DNA of 64,000 nucleotides from Chrysomallon squamiferum (lineage: Eukaryota > Animalia > Mollusca). Made by a program: the position numbers and the translations under genes. The notes under the pieces are model-generated. The model was given only the letters and a program-made list of their open reading frames with translations, ran no database searches and was not told the origin of the DNA. Positions 27,791 to 41,979 of the stretch are shown piece by piece (within the stretch, counting starts at the first letter, position 1; the number at the start of each line of letters is the position of its first letter). Location: positions 20,026,001-20,090,000 of the forward strand of contig CM022670.1 in NCBI GenBank assembly GCA_012295275.1, given 5' to 3'.

Positions 27791-29466
27791 CAGTTCTAAA
27801 CAAAACTTTGGATGAGTCGTCACATTCATAAATAAAGTATGTTCTTTGGTATTCCTGTCCTTTGTCATCAGGGTACTGAAGTATAAGGAGATGTGTGTGT
27901 GTGTGTGTATGGTTATTTGTATTAATAAAATGAATTAATGACAGAAAATAAATTTTTTAAAAGTCACAAATATTAGGATATCTTTAAAATATTATCACTA
28001 ATTGATAAATTAATTATGGGGTAGAGGTTGGAACTGGAAATAGACAAATGTGAATACTAAGAAGAGTTGATATCATTATATATCATGCCTGAAACTGAGA
28101 GTGTAATCTTCGAGCTACAGTCTGAATTATCAGTGTTTGTGTTGGTGTAAGAATAATGTTTATTGCAAAGTCATGTAAACTGGCTTATTTTTCTCATTTA
28201 TAATCAGAGAATAACAAAATACCTGTTTTGCTTTTATGCATTATTAATATGTTTATCAAACTGAAACATTACTAAAACCTGTCATTTACCTGTTATTTAT
28301 GCCCGGGATTAAAATGAAATTACTTGCACAAGCTGACTAAAATATTCTAAAATTTGTATATATATTCACTTAAACCTTTATTAAACATGTATGATACAAA
28401 AACTATTAGACTGAGCTAACACATGTAATCTGTATGAATGTTTTGAATTGGTTATTCCTGTCAAACCTGCAGCATGGGTAAATTGATGATATAATCAATA
28501 ATATCTGTTTTGTATTTTGAAATAGTTTTCAGCTATTTAGGTCAAGATTAATCAGGTGTGAAGTTTCTTTTCTGTTGTCCTTGTGTACATGTTTATTCCA
28601 TACATGGATTAAGACATGTTTATTTCAGTTGAGGAAAAGCAAAAATAAATGGAAATTCAGATATAAATGATATCTAGTATTTATTTGTATTTCAAAAGAT
28701 TCATACATCTGTTTAGTACAGGTGTTATTATTATTATTACTATCATTATTATTACTTGCTATTAATATCTTCATCACCATCATCATATTATTACCATTAC
28801 AATATTATTATTATCAGTATCATTATTATTATTACCAGTATTGTTGTCACCATTATTATTATTATTATTATTATAATTGCTGTCATTGTTATTGTCACCA
28901 TAATTATTATTATTATAACTGCTGTCATTATTATTATTAACAGTATTATTATCACCATTATTGTTGTTGTTGTTATTCCCTCTATCAACTACTTCTGACA
29001 TTACTTCACCCCATGTAGCAATCACCACTGCTTAGAGCTGTTATAGTTTATCGAACCTTTTAATACCTACTCCACACTAAACCTAATCCACAGTCTGTAA
29101 TCTCAGTGACCATGAAATCAGTCTCAGTTTGCTTGTCCTTAATGTACACACTGCATACACTCTGGAATGGTAATAGGCTTCGCTCATTAAACTGAAGTTT
29201 ACAGCAATTGCTCATTAACTTGGTGTTCATTCGATTCGCTCATTAACTTGAACTTCATTGGTTATCTTCAAAGTGGAGTTAGTTTATGACTGACAAAGTG
29301 TTCTCTGATGCATTGTGGGCTGCTCATATGCTGACAGTTTGTTGCCACAAAACACCAGAGATATGCTCTAACGCTTTTCTGCTGGGATAGGTGTTGGGTG
29401 GTTTGTTTTTTAGTTCCATGATTATAAATGTGGTTGTTGTAGACAGTTTGGAGTTGTAGCTACAAC

Positions 29467-29499
29467 ATGGCTACCTTTACGGTTGTTCACAAGACACTG
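29467..29499 (+). CDS. RGS22: Candidate alternative first coding exon of RGS22-like (MATFTVVHKTL)
   Basis: caacATGG Kozak context, 33 nt, CTG|gtatgt donor, phase 0 into exon 33935. Confidence 0.5.
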
Positions 29500-29904
29500 G
29501 TATGTTGCTGTTGTTGTTTTCAAAAGTTTTTTGTATTATATTTCCTAATTTCAGTTTTTAGTAAATAATAAAATTGTGGTTTACATTTTAATTATAGACT
29601 ACTAATTTTAATTTGTAAGAATTTTATATTGTTATAATTTTTTTATATACACATCATTGTCACATGTTATTACGATATGATAATATTGGTGGGCATATAA
29701 TTAAAAAAAAAAATAACACCAACAAAAACAAAAAAAAAATTAATAAATAGAAATCTTATACATTTTTGGTGTATTGGAAAATGGTTATAAAATTTGTTTT
29801 AAAAAGTTTTATATATAGGTGGGTTTTTTTGTACAGTGAGATATTAAGTGCACTTTCCATACACTGGAATCAATCAGCCATTTGAAATATATACTTACAA
29901 TCCC

Positions 29905-30112
29905 TGCTGGTTTAAGTATGTTTATCTTGGACATAATGTCCAGATGGGTTGTTTACCCCAGACAGTGTTAATATATTAAATGATTAGTCACAGAGAAGAA
30001 ATATGTGTAGTAGCCTTACACTTCACTGTGTTTAGACTGTTGTCACTAGTGGGGCATGATCCCAGTTCCTACCAGTTGTAAGCTAGAGGCTTAACCACTG
30101 TAACTCTGAGAC
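29905..30112 (-). mobile_element. tRNA-derived SINE, degenerate
   Basis: Minus strand has A-box-like cagtggttaagc, B-box-like gggatcatgccc, then a gtgtaaggctactacac body. Confidence 0.6.
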
Positions 30113-30864
30113 TGTTATTAGTTTAGTGATATTCGAGTTATAAATGTTTGATATTACTCAGTTTTATTATTATTGTTTTATTGTTCTTGTTGCTGTTATT
30201 ATTAGTCACTTTAGATATTATTTTTTAATTCAAAGAATAATGTATTCATGATTAAGTAGTTTTTTTTATTTGTTCTTTCTTTTGTTGTGGTGTAGGTGAA
30301 GTTTCATTAATTAATTAATTATTATATTTTTTATATATATGCATATCTGAGTGTTTATGGTTATGTATTTGTATGAAAATATATTTTTATATACATGTAT
30401 TATGTGCATATGTATGTGTCTGTGAATGTGTTTATGTATTAGTGTGTATATTTGTATGTTATGTGTTTCTTTATAATAGAGTATGTCAGTGTATATGATT
30501 ATATATGTATGAATTTGAGTGTGTGTGTGTGTGTGTGTCTGTGTAAATCATTACTTTTACTATGATTCCATTATCCTTAAGATGTTGACTATTATTTTTA
30601 TTATTTCAAATACACTCTCTTGGATACTAATCTTGAAATTTTTCATGTATATTTAAAATACAGTGTCTCCATTTAATTCTGCTCTTTGATGTTGAGATCA
30701 TGTAAAGTGCCTTTAAGAGATTTGTTGACGAACTCTTGACTACTAATCAGTGGAAGTCAGGTGTCTGTCAAACACTAATGTAACAACACAAATGTTTGTA
30801 AATTATTTCAAGTACTAGTTACCTGTTCAGAAAATCTTATATAATGTATTCATTGCTTCTTATT

Positions 30865-31120
30865 AAGCGAGACTCACTGGTTATAGCACTAGACTGAACC
30901 ATGACTGTTTGCAGGTTCACCCCTCAGCAATGCACCACAAGCGTATTTCTTATTCCAGCCAGTACTCAACAACTGATTTTTCCTGTCTATGGGAAAGTGT
31001 ATACAAAACCTCTCATACTGCTAAATGAAAAAGAGTAGCCCATTCTACCACAGCAGCATATTTCCTCTCTCATTTTTAATGATATATATTAAGCCATATA
31101 ATCGCAGATTAAAAATGTAT
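30865..31120 (+). mobile_element. tRNA-derived SINE (MetaSINE-like), degenerate
   Basis: tRNA-like head (ctggttatagcact...ggttcacccc), core tatttcttattccagccagt...gaaaaagagtagccc...tttcctctctc...gccatataatcg; related scraps at ~33150, ~47150, ~47960, ~49740, ~52290. Confidence 0.65.
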
Positions 31121-32823
31121 CACTCTATTGAAAGGTCGTGGTGTATGCTTTCCTATATACATACATACATATACACACACACACACACAAAAGGTATATA
31201 CAAAATATTCTTTACTACAAAAGAGAAAAGAATGGCTAATTGCATTACAACAGCTGGTTTTATTGTCTGTTTTTTTAATGATATGTATTTAAAAAACTTA
31301 AAAATGTATTGAGTAAGGCATTTAAGTTTTTCTTTCCTTCTCAGAAAGTCATAAACATTCATCTCGTACCCTTTATGTGTCTGACATTACCTACCAAACA
31401 ACATTTTGAGTAACATGAACATGAAATATTAAGTAAATAAAAATATTTTATACTGCTTGCCTTTATGAGCTAAAATAAAAAAAATAAAAGAAAACACTGT
31501 TGAGGTGAAACTAACACCTAGCAAGTGGGTACATACTGAGTGTAAAAGTGTAAGAATACAGCTATGAAAGGTGTAAAAGTTAAGGTGGCAGGATGTGAAG
31601 GCTGTGTGTTGTTCACCTAAGTGCATGAACAGAGGTTAAGTCACAAGCAAGTTAATGTAACACAAACTGGTTTTGTTGACATGAAAATTCCTGAAAAGGC
31701 CATTTTCCTCTTACATACAATATTACAATGGTTGAATGGTTTGTTTCGTGTAACAATTATACTGTTTTAATAGCATTTATTGTATGTACTATTTATTTTA
31801 TTTTTTTACTTTTCATTGTTTGGCTAAGTTCTGTATATCTTTTTTTTCTTTGTTTAATTTAGTTCTGTTGTAATTTTTATTTTTCTTTAAACAATTTAAT
31901 TTAATTTTGTTATTTTTTCATTTAGTTTTGTTGCTTTAATTTTTTTTTTCATAATTCAATTATAAAATAATTACATTTTTTATAGCTTAGTTTCATTTTA
32001 TTTTTATGATTTAATGTAACTGTTTTATATTTTTTTTTCATTTAATTTAATTTAATTTAATTAATTTTATTTTATTTTATTTTTTTAACTTTTATTTACT
32101 TTTATTTTATTTAAATTTATTTTATTTTATTTTAATTTATTTTATTTTATTTTATTTTATTTTAAATTATTTTATTTTATTTTATTTTAAATTATTTTAT
32201 TTTATTTTATTTTATTTTATTTTGTTTTGTTTTGTTTAAATCTTATTTTATTTTGTTATTCAGGTTACTCTGTCTTATTTTTATTTTTTTTAAATAAATC
32301 ATGATTCTGTTTATTATATTTTACTTTTGAAACTTTATAATAAATTTTATAAAAACAGACAACTGCATGGAATGAAAATACTTAGATTTCTAAGATTTAT
32401 GATGAAATTTGAAACCTATGTAAATGCAGTTCAAATGTTTTTATTAAAAAGGTAATTTATTTAAGGTATTGTTAACAGTTCATCTGTTAGGCCATGGCAA
32501 TAAAAAATATTGTTTTACATCCACAGTTTATCTATGAAACACCTGCTTAAAAACTGAATTACTCTCATTGAAAAAAGAAAACATTAAAAAAATAACATAA
32601 TTACTTCCACAATAATATTGCATAAAACTGTTTTAGTTCAAAGGCAATGATATTAATTATCACTAAATGTTTATATGCTATTTTTTAAAAAGTGGGAAGT
32701 GTCTTGGAATTTCTGATTGAGTTAGACAAGCTAAATGTCAGATTCTGTTCCTTCTGAACAGAACATTTTTCAACTAAAACATCCTGTTGTCCATCCAGAC
32801 TGTATAAATATAGAATGGCAAAT

Positions 32824-33040
32824 TGTATAATTATAAAATTTTTCATGCCAGTTGTATAATGGTAGTCTTTCATACAAAAATATAATTATAAAATTTTTGA
32901 TGCAAAAGATATATAATTATAAAACCTTTCATGCACACAGTATAATTATAGAACCTTCCATGCAAACTGTATAATTATAGAATTTTTCATGCCAACAGTA
33001 TAATTATAAAAATGTTCATGCAAACAGATTAATTATAAAG
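32824..33040 (+). repeat. Minisatellite, ~29 bp unit x ~7-8
   Basis: Repeating gtataattata(a/g)aa...ttcatgc. Confidence 0.85.
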
Positions 33041-33934
33041 AATAATCTAATACCGTATTTGTCAGTTTAAAATTTTGAATTAACACATTTATTCATACAA
33101 TAAGTGTGTGCTGTAGCATTTTGTTTAATGTGCTTGACTGAGATATGACTGGATATAAGATCAGTCCTCCTTGGGTTTTTTATTGGTTTATTTCTTGTTC
33201 TGACTATTTCTCACAAACCATCTGTTGGAGCCTGTTTTCCTGACTTTAGTAAGCTGTATATACTGGGGAAAAAAATCCTTTATTGGTAATGAAAAAAAGA
33301 GGAGGTTTTCTTTCTCATAATATATGGTCCTCATGTCAATGCATGATTCCACATTACTACAGAAATAAAATGTCTTTGTTCATGAAAGACAGTGTTTCTT
33401 TCTTGTTCCATAGAAGCAGCAAATAATGAATAAATGCTATCAGAAATTTTACATCTGAGTTCAAAGCTAAAATATTTATGTTGTCATATAACTTCTAGCC
33501 ATTAATTTATAAATGTCATCAGTTCTGAGCAAGTGTATGGGTTTATTTCTCTTTATACAAGCATTTATACATACTTATATTTAAAAAGATATATGTATTA
33601 TTTTTAGCAAATTATTTATAAAAGTATTAATATTCCTTGCTAAGTATAACATCTACATGCAGAATGCATAACAAATTCATAACAAATTTTTGTTATGCAG
33701 TAAATATAATATTTAAATTATATATGTTTTTATGTTTATATGTATATATGTGTATAAGTGTTTATTTCTATGTAGGTATGTTTGTATATGTGTACATATG
33801 AATGTATGTATGTATATATTTATGTATGTATGTATATATATATATACTTGTATGTGTTTATCTACAAATGTATGTATGTATATATGTATGTATGTTTATA
33901 GTTATGTATTTATTTATTTTTGTTTCACTTGCAG

Positions 33935-33997
33935 GAGGATCTCCTTGCTACTGATGATTTGTTTATTGAATACTTCAATGACTTCCTTGCTCTGCCA
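33935..33997 (+). CDS. RGS22: RGS22-like exon EDLLATDDLFIEYFNDFLALP
   Basis: ttgcag|GAG...CCA|gtaagt; matches the RGS22 N-terminal motif EDSLATDDFLVDYFNEFLSLP. Confidence 0.93.
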
Positions 33998-35349
33998 GTA
34001 AGTATTGAACTGGGATTGCTACTCCATGTTAGGGGTTTGTATTTACTAAATACCAGGGATTGCTATTTATTATATGAGATCTGGGATTGTTACTAAATAT
34101 TTGGGGGTTGTACTGATTAATTGTGATTGCTAGTGTAATAAGGATTTTAGAATCTCAATGAATGCTATTTGTATCAAAGATTTGGTATTAGAGTTTGAAC
34201 CTGAATTGTGGGATTTGGAATTTGCATGGTACAGCTGAAACAGATCCAAAATATTTGAACAAGGGTTTAATTTTGTTATTGAATAATAATAATAATAAAT
34301 AATAATAAATAATTTTTTTAATTTTTAATTAACTATTATCTTTATTAGTTAATATTAAAAATTAATATTATTATTACATTTATCATTACCATTATCTTCA
34401 TCACAATCATTATTTTACAACTACTATTACTACTACTTCTACTACAGTGAACATTTAAAATACCTTTCAATTCTGTAATATTGTAATATCAGTAAATAGA
34501 TTTGGCTCAAATGATATCTGATCCTTTAAATCTGATTGATATGGCTCTAGTGCACTCATTTATATGGATAATAAGACCACTTTTTGGCACTTGACAGTAC
34601 TTACTTACTATCAACCAACATGTAGTTCTTTCCTTGGTTCAGGTTAACTGAATTTCAGTTCTATTGAAATTTTAACACTTGGATTAAGTCAAATAATATA
34701 TGCATTTACATGGTTCAATCTTTCAAGATCTATAGGTTTTATACAGATATGCAGAAATATATATATGTGTGTGTGTGTGTGAGTGTGTAACACATACATG
34801 TACCCACAGAGATAACTTTAACCAGTGGAAATCAAATAAATAAATTTAAATTATAGAAAAACATAATACCCCAAAACACATTTTAACAGCAGAACAAACA
34901 GCTAATATTAATAATTAATATTAAATCTAGGAGACACAAAGAAAATTTCAAATCTGAATACAAAATTATTTATTCCCTGTTTTAAAGCAAACATTAAAAC
35001 CAGTCTTCATGGGGGTATACAAAAGGTTATGTAAATAATGCATGTTTTTTTTTTTTAATTTATCATGTTAAAAATTATCAGTGTTTAAAATTCTAAAAAA
35101 AAGACAGGTGCTAAATAAAGGTATTGAGTGTAGAGGTAAAGTACTAGTAATCAGATACAGTCTTGTATGGAGTTTAGTGTTTAGTTTCATAGTAAATGAT
35201 TCATAGGCCATCGGGTGAGAAAATGGCTAACAGTCAAAGTGTCTGATAGGACAACACCAGGGTGATAGGGTACATTGTGTAATAGCAAGGCAAATTCTTT
35301 ATTATATTTAGTGTATAAGTGTGAGTTCATGGTGTCTTTTTCATTTAAA

Positions 35350-35870
35350 AAAACCTGTTAATAATATTTTTATTTTTTATTTTTTAATGGAAATAAAGTA
35401 AGAAATATAATTTATTATATTTAGTGAATGTGTATGATTCTATACTTTTTCACAGAAAATTTGTTAATAATATTTTTTAAAAGGAAATAAAGTAACATTT
35501 AATTTATTTAGGAATATGTATGATTTATACTTTCTCATAGAAAAAGCGTTAAATTTTTTATGTCTTAAAGAAAATAAAGGAAAAAAAATAATTTACATTA
35601 TATTTAGTATTGTGTTTATACGTGTTTCTCATAAAATATGGTTTTAAGTTTTCATAAATTTTAAAGAAAGCAAAAAGATAATTAATTTTATTTATTTGTA
35701 TGAGTATTTATCTTTTTCACAGACTATCTGTTTACAATTGTTTTTTTAAATGAAAAAAAAAATTATAATTTAGTATTGATATATGAGTTTACACTTTCTT
35801 GCAGAATATCTTTTACCATTTTCTTTTTCAGTTTTAAAGAAAAGAAAAAAATATAAATATTAAGAAAAAA
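35350..35870 (+). repeat. Old degenerate tandem repeat, ~80-95 bp period
   Basis: Recurring aaataaag...tttag...tatga...tactttt.cacaga units. Confidence 0.55.
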
Positions 35871-38800
35871 TATTTTATATTTATCAATCTTTTCTATGTG
35901 ACCCCACAATGGCAAATACTATATCAAATTAATATTAACTTTACTGCTGAATATTTACCACAAACAACAAGAAAATATTGAAATTAAACAAACAAAACAA
36001 TAAAATGTGTACAAATTGTGTACACTTTTATTAATGAACTTTATACAGAAAAGGAACTCATTTTACAAATTAATTTTAAAATCATTTATTGACCTAGCAG
36101 GATGAAAAAAAAAATGTATAATGTCCTAGACTGACATTCAGAGGACTTGAACAAATTGAAATTAATTTTTTTTTATCTCTGTTATTATAAACCAGCCAGG
36201 TATTATTGTGTATAAAGATTTTAATGGATGACTGAAATAAGACATGTAACTAAGCAGACTCTTAGCTAACAAGCAATTATTTCTCTCTTCTCTCCTTTTT
36301 ACTCTGTCTCTTTTTTGTCTCTCTCTCTCTCTTGTTCCCTCTTGCTATTTTGCTATACTTATTTATAGAATAGTAAAACATGTCTGTGTGTTCATAAAAA
36401 TGTACATATATACATTGCTGTTTAAGTGTGTGTGTAAACAAACAACTGAAAATTATTAATAAAGCATATTTTAAAAAATACATATAATAAAAAATTGTAT
36501 ATTATCTATAAATAATACTCTGTCACAGTACTTGTATATCATAAGCATTCAATTTTTATCACAGCATACTACTTTCAATAAGAAATAATGGCAGCACTGT
36601 TAAGTTCCATACACACACTTTACTTTTCTTTCATCAAACAATAACTTATATATCCAGCACACACAAACAGTGATTATGTATTTAGCTGGCTGTTAGAGGT
36701 TTCACTACAGATTTATGGGCAGGAGATTAATTTAAACAAAGGTAGTCCAAGTTGTTGAAGACATTATTGTGATAGTGACACCCTCTATTTAACTATCTGT
36801 GTGTTAGTTCTTTGAAAATAGTTAGGTTGGTATGATTGTAGAAAGTGTGGGTAGTTATCACTGTAAGGAGTATGTCATTTTGACATAAAACTTGTATTAA
36901 AATAGATAGTACTTTGTTTTGTAATGTGTTTTTACAAATACGCATCGTAGATGATTATATAAGTGTTATTTTTTTCTAATATTGTTATTGTTAACAGTAA
37001 TAGTGATAATAATACTAGAATTAATATGGTTAGTAGTTGTATTAATAGAAGTGGTTCTAGAAATGGTGAAATTCATAATATTAAGTATAATTGTAAAAGT
37101 ATTTAGATGGTTATGGTGGTGGAAGTCATAGTAGTAAGGATGTCACTGTGGTGAAGACTGTAGTGGTAATGATGGTGTTGATGGTCATAGCATTAGTGAC
37201 AGTTACATGGGTAACTGATAAAGTGGTGGGAATGATGGTGGTTATAATCAATAACATGGTAATTGTTACATTGTTTATGGCAATGATAATCATAAAAGAT
37301 ATCATAACAGTTTCAGTGGTGATGATCATAATGCCAAGATAAGAATGACAATAACAGGAATGCTAACGATAAGCATAATGGAAGGGTGATTGTTACAATG
37401 GTAATGATGGTCATAATCACAGTGTCAGGGTAACAGTTACATTTCTTTTGATGGTTATGATGATCATAATGATGTGGTAATAGATACAGGACTTGAAAGA
37501 ACAATGATAATCATGACAGGATAATAGCTATAAGAGGTAATAGTTGTGGTTATGGTGATGATAGTCATAATGGTAAGGTAACAGTTACAGCACCTGATGG
37601 TCATCGATGGAGTGATGGTTGTAGTGTCAGTTTCAGTGACAGTGGTGTTAGTAATGGTAATGGAACTGCTGATGATGGTACTATAGCTGTAATTGTACTG
37701 GTACTACTGACAACAAGTAATGAAGAAGGTAGTGATTAATTGCAGTAATTATTAATTATATCTTTTAATTCTCAATGTTTACAAAAATAATAATAAATTG
37801 TTGTAATATATTAACATTTTCAAAGCTACAGGAAAAGAGCATGGTTATCATCTACATCTGAATTTTTAAACTTTGTTTTATTTATATGATAACAACCTCA
37901 ACTAATACATGTCTCTACATGTTCCAGTATACTAGCTGACACTTTAAGACTATTAATATATCACTAAAACTGTGTCAAAAATGACTGATTCCCTGTCATC
38001 GCATGGTTGGCTTCAATAAAAGTTTTCTATTTGCCTAATCTGTTAATAAGACAAGCCATTCAAATCAGAATATAGTTTGTTATGAGTTGTATGTCATGGT
38101 TATTATTGACCAGATTGTAAGATAGATAGATATTGAAAGCGTGTGTTATAATATGATATTTGATGTGTGTTTTAGTATGATGGATATGTTGTGGTAGTCA
38201 AGATATAAGGCTGAAAGAAAGGATAAAGGATTTATATTTAATAAAAAAAATAGTTAGGAAGAGAGGAGTTTGTGTAATGCCATTATGAAATGGGGAAAGT
38301 AATAATGAATGTTTTGTGTCATGAAATGAAATGACATATAATAATTATTCTATATCATGTAATGAAAAAAAAAAAAAAAAAAAAAAATATATTTGTTGTC
38401 ATGAAATTAAGTGATTGAGTTCTGATTTATCTAATCTCTTAATTAGATGAATGTGTACATTAACTTTTGTTACTAATAAGTAACTTTTAAATAAATATAC
38501 CTTTGTTAATAATAAAGCATGACTGTCAAATAACATATGAGTAAAACATACAGAATGACATTTTTCCTTTTTTTAATATTAAAACTCCCTAATATGCAGA
38601 AAATATGGCAGGTTTATAATACTTTGCTCAGTCTTATTTATGTTTATTTATTTATTTTAATACTTTTTCCATACAATCATTTCACAATGAAAAAGAAAAT
38701 GTTGGTATCGATGCATCCTCATTATACTGCTAAACTACACTATCAGCATCATTTGGTCATGTAAAAAATAAAACAATGTTATTGGACATATACAATGTAC

Positions 38801-39113
38801 AGTACAAATTAAGTTCTTACATTTTATTTTTTTTACTTATAATTTCTCTAAATGTATGTCTTGGAATACTGTCTAAAAACTGTCTAAAACAAACATAACT
38901 GAATCTTCAGTGTGATACTGTTGTTGTTTTTTAGTGGATTTTATTATTTTATTTATTTATTTATTTTTTAAATCTTGCCCAAATCAAACCTGACCAAATT
39001 TTCAGTGGAATTTTAGTTTAAGTGATTATTAATTGGCTGATCTCAACTGAACATATTATAATTCTATTAATTAATAAATTGTATAAATAATTAACTAATT
39101 TTAATTATTCCAG

Positions 39114-39344
39114 AGTTTTCCAGAACCGCTGTACTTCAACAAGGAAACAGGAGGATTTGAAATTATCAATGATGCCAGACAAAATTTGTCTAAACAGATC
39201 AAAGCAGCCATTAGATCACACAAACGAACACCCAAGATCTACAAGGCAGCCAAGAACCACAATTATGTGGACATTCCTCTTTACCCCATTCAACCGTCCT
39301 TTGGACCTGAAAAAGTAGAAATTGATACAACCATCTCAGTCTTG
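39114..39344 (+). CDS. RGS22: RGS22-like exon
   Basis: ccag|AGT...TTG|gtaatt; SFPEPLYFNKETGGFEIIND... Confidence 0.92.
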
Positions 39345-39698
39345 GTAATTTATTTATTTAAACTATTTTTAATCAAAGAATACTTTAAAATCTCACCAAC
39401 TTACATTGTTTTGTAAGTTATCATGACTGGTATTATTTTTATTTTTTTAAATTAAAAAATAGTTTTAAATATAAATAACCTTTGTAAAGAGGATAATATT
39501 GTAGATAAGATTGCATTCATATTCTCAGTAAAATATGTAAATAACTTTCACTTCATTTTTCTTCACTTTCACCCCAAAAACAGTGTTGATGGAAAAATTA
39601 CATTAAAATCATTGTTACCATCTACATATAATAAATACATGTTCAGTAGTAATCTGATGTTTGATTTATTAATAACATTATTTATTTCAATTATCTAG

Positions 39699-40942
39699 AC
39701 ACTGAATAAGGAGCAAGGAATACACTGGATAAAAGACCAGAGACTTCCAGCTTTTCTGGAGAGTGACAAATATATTGAATATCGTCTGGGAAAAATCATC
39801 TCACAATGTCGCCTTATGGGAGAAAATGGCGAGTTTATCGCTATGAAAATAGATTATACTCCAAAACCTTCCAAAGATGCAGAAGAAGAAACTGAAGAAG
39901 AAGAAGTTGATCCTAACAAAGAGTTGATGAAAAAAATGTTTGTGTCTCTTGGAGCTTCCACTGTTGCTCAGTGTCAATCATGGTTCAATACGGCAAGATC
40001 TTTTCAGTCAACCACAGTGACTTACACCACTCTGAGTGAACCTCAGATAGTTTCCAGTCGTCCAAGTTCATCTGCCATGTTAATTCGTCCAGACAGTGGG
40101 ATTGAAAGTCCTGCTAAAGGTCCTATGTTTGGAGCAGCGTATCCAAGGTCATTGTCACCTCGTTTGAGTGCCTATCAGGATGAAGCCAAAGAACTAGATT
40201 TGTCATCTAGTGGTATATTCACTGTGGATATGAAACCAACAACACCAAGGCCTTCTGATGCAGTATGTTTGACAACAAGTGATATTGATCAGCAGTCAAA
40301 ACAGACCAGTGTTTATTACGCCAATCCTAAATATGAAGCAACTGATACAGAGTCAGGACTTGGTGATCTTTTCGGAGAGAGAGATGAAGATCTTGTCACA
40401 GATCGAGAATCACTGCCTGATGAAAGTAAAGAAATCCAAACTGTTCTTCCTGAGACAAAGCCACATGTAGTTGTGAAAACTCTGGATGAACTTGGTGGAG
40501 TCCTTGCTGGTGCTATTCTTAAACGCTCTCTGGCTGAAGTCACAGGAATTCCTGAAAAAATCTTCCAGAAATATTCAAAACTGTTTCCCAATGAGGAGTT
40601 TTCCCATGTCACAGTGGAAATGCTGGACCATGTATCCATATCTACCCCCAGTTCCCGCTTCCCATCTCCTGTGAGAGAGAATGAAGATGAAAATCCCATA
40701 GACAAAAAAGAGGAGAAGAAGGAAGAAAGCGATGTTGATTCACTGTTGGATAGTGAAGATGATTATGAAGAGCAGGATACATTTTTCAGAAAACACAAAT
40801 TGAAAACACATGATCTGACCAGTAAGAAAGGGATAGAAAATTTCAAGAAGTTTCTGCAAGGTACAAAGGGTGAATTATACTGGAATCTGTGGATTGATAT
40901 TGATCGTAGCAACCTTCTCCTTCAACCAGATGAAGTTCAGAT
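39699..40942 (+). CDS. RGS22: RGS22-like large exon (1244 nt)
   Basis: ctag|ACA...AT|gtaag; TLNKEQGIHWIKDQRLPAFLESDKYIEYRL...FKKFLQGTKGELYWNLWIDID. Confidence 0.95.
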
Positions 40943-41385
40943 GTAAGAACATACACAAATATACATAATTCACAATGCATTGGTGATCTCTAATTAATAA
41001 CTTTAGATTATTCTGAATGAAAAAACAAATATATGAAATATTTCACTAGAAACAAATGTATAAATTATATAAATTGTCATCATACAAAACATTATTTATT
41101 ATCCTTAAAAACAAAATCAAAGACTTTGACCACTCTGTAAAACTAGAAAGCTTTATAAGATTTCTGAATAAAAAACTATCAGAGAAAATGTTTAATATAT
41201 GAACTTATTGCCTAAAATATTACATAGCTATAGCTAATTTTTATTAAATTACCACATATTATCCTTGTCATACTACATAAAAAATAACACATAAGAGGTA
41301 GTTCTTTCAAATACTTAACTATTTTGAAATTCTTTATAATTATTTATGTCTTGTTTATTTTTATTTTTATTTTTTTTCATCACAG

Positions 41386-41547
41386 CTATCTGGCTCGCAT
41401 GCGAGAACGATACCACCAATCAGGAGCAGTGTTTGAACTGCCAAGGGAGTTGAAAATCAGTCTGCGATTGGTTGAGTCATCTCACTGGACAATTCCCAAG
41501 CTGCGTAGTATAAAAGACAGAATAGCTGAACCTCTTGTGTTGTACTG
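41386..41547 (+). CDS. RGS22: RGS22-like exon
   Basis: cacag|C...TG|gtaag; YLARMRERY...EPLVLYW. Confidence 0.92.
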
Positions 41548-41795
41548 GTAAGAGGATTGTAGTAATTCTTCAACACATAAACAGTATCCAGTTTGAACAG
41601 GGTTTAGTTTCACAGAAAATATACAAAATCGTAAAACATCCATGAAATACCAACACATCTGAAATTCGCTGAATAGGCATAAACATTTACATCTTTGAAA
41701 CAGGAATAAATTTAAAATCTGGAAATTTGAGTCATTTAAACTTTTTTTAAAACGAGTACATTATGAACTCTGTTATTATTATTATTATTATTCAG

Positions 41796-41979
41796 GGGTC
41801 CTAGATTTCTGCTAAAACAACTGATGTGTACCAACCCAGACAAGTATTACCTGTATCACCAGCAGCAGCTACTCAAGGTGAAGGACGAAGTCAGTCTAGA
41901 TCTTCCTGCTGCTTCCATGCTGCCTCTTAGACCTAGGACTTGTTATCCTAGAGTGGAACACAAAATTGTTGTAACTGAT
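41796..41979 (+). CDS. RGS22: RGS22-like exon
   Basis: ttcag|G...GAT|gtgagt; GPRFLLKQ...LPLRPRTCYPR. Confidence 0.92.

Noticed and set aside
28722-29028. Overlapping ORFs rich in Tyr/Ile/Asn/His
   Set aside because: Translations of degenerate (ATT/ATC)n repeats; the same applies to 550-735, 4833-5060, 37126-37504, 50608-50907 and 61736-61950
30865-30935. tRNA gene
   Set aside because: Degenerate A/B boxes without a cloverleaf, continuous with the SINE body
32824-33040. CRISPR-like periodicity
   Set aside because: Adjacent units with no unique spacers, eukaryotic context and no cas genes; it is a minisatellite
40279-40705. Alternative-frame and antisense ORFs inside the large RGS22 exon
   Set aside because: Shadows of the real coding frame; the same applies to 8227-8451, 49156-49377 and 59819-60004
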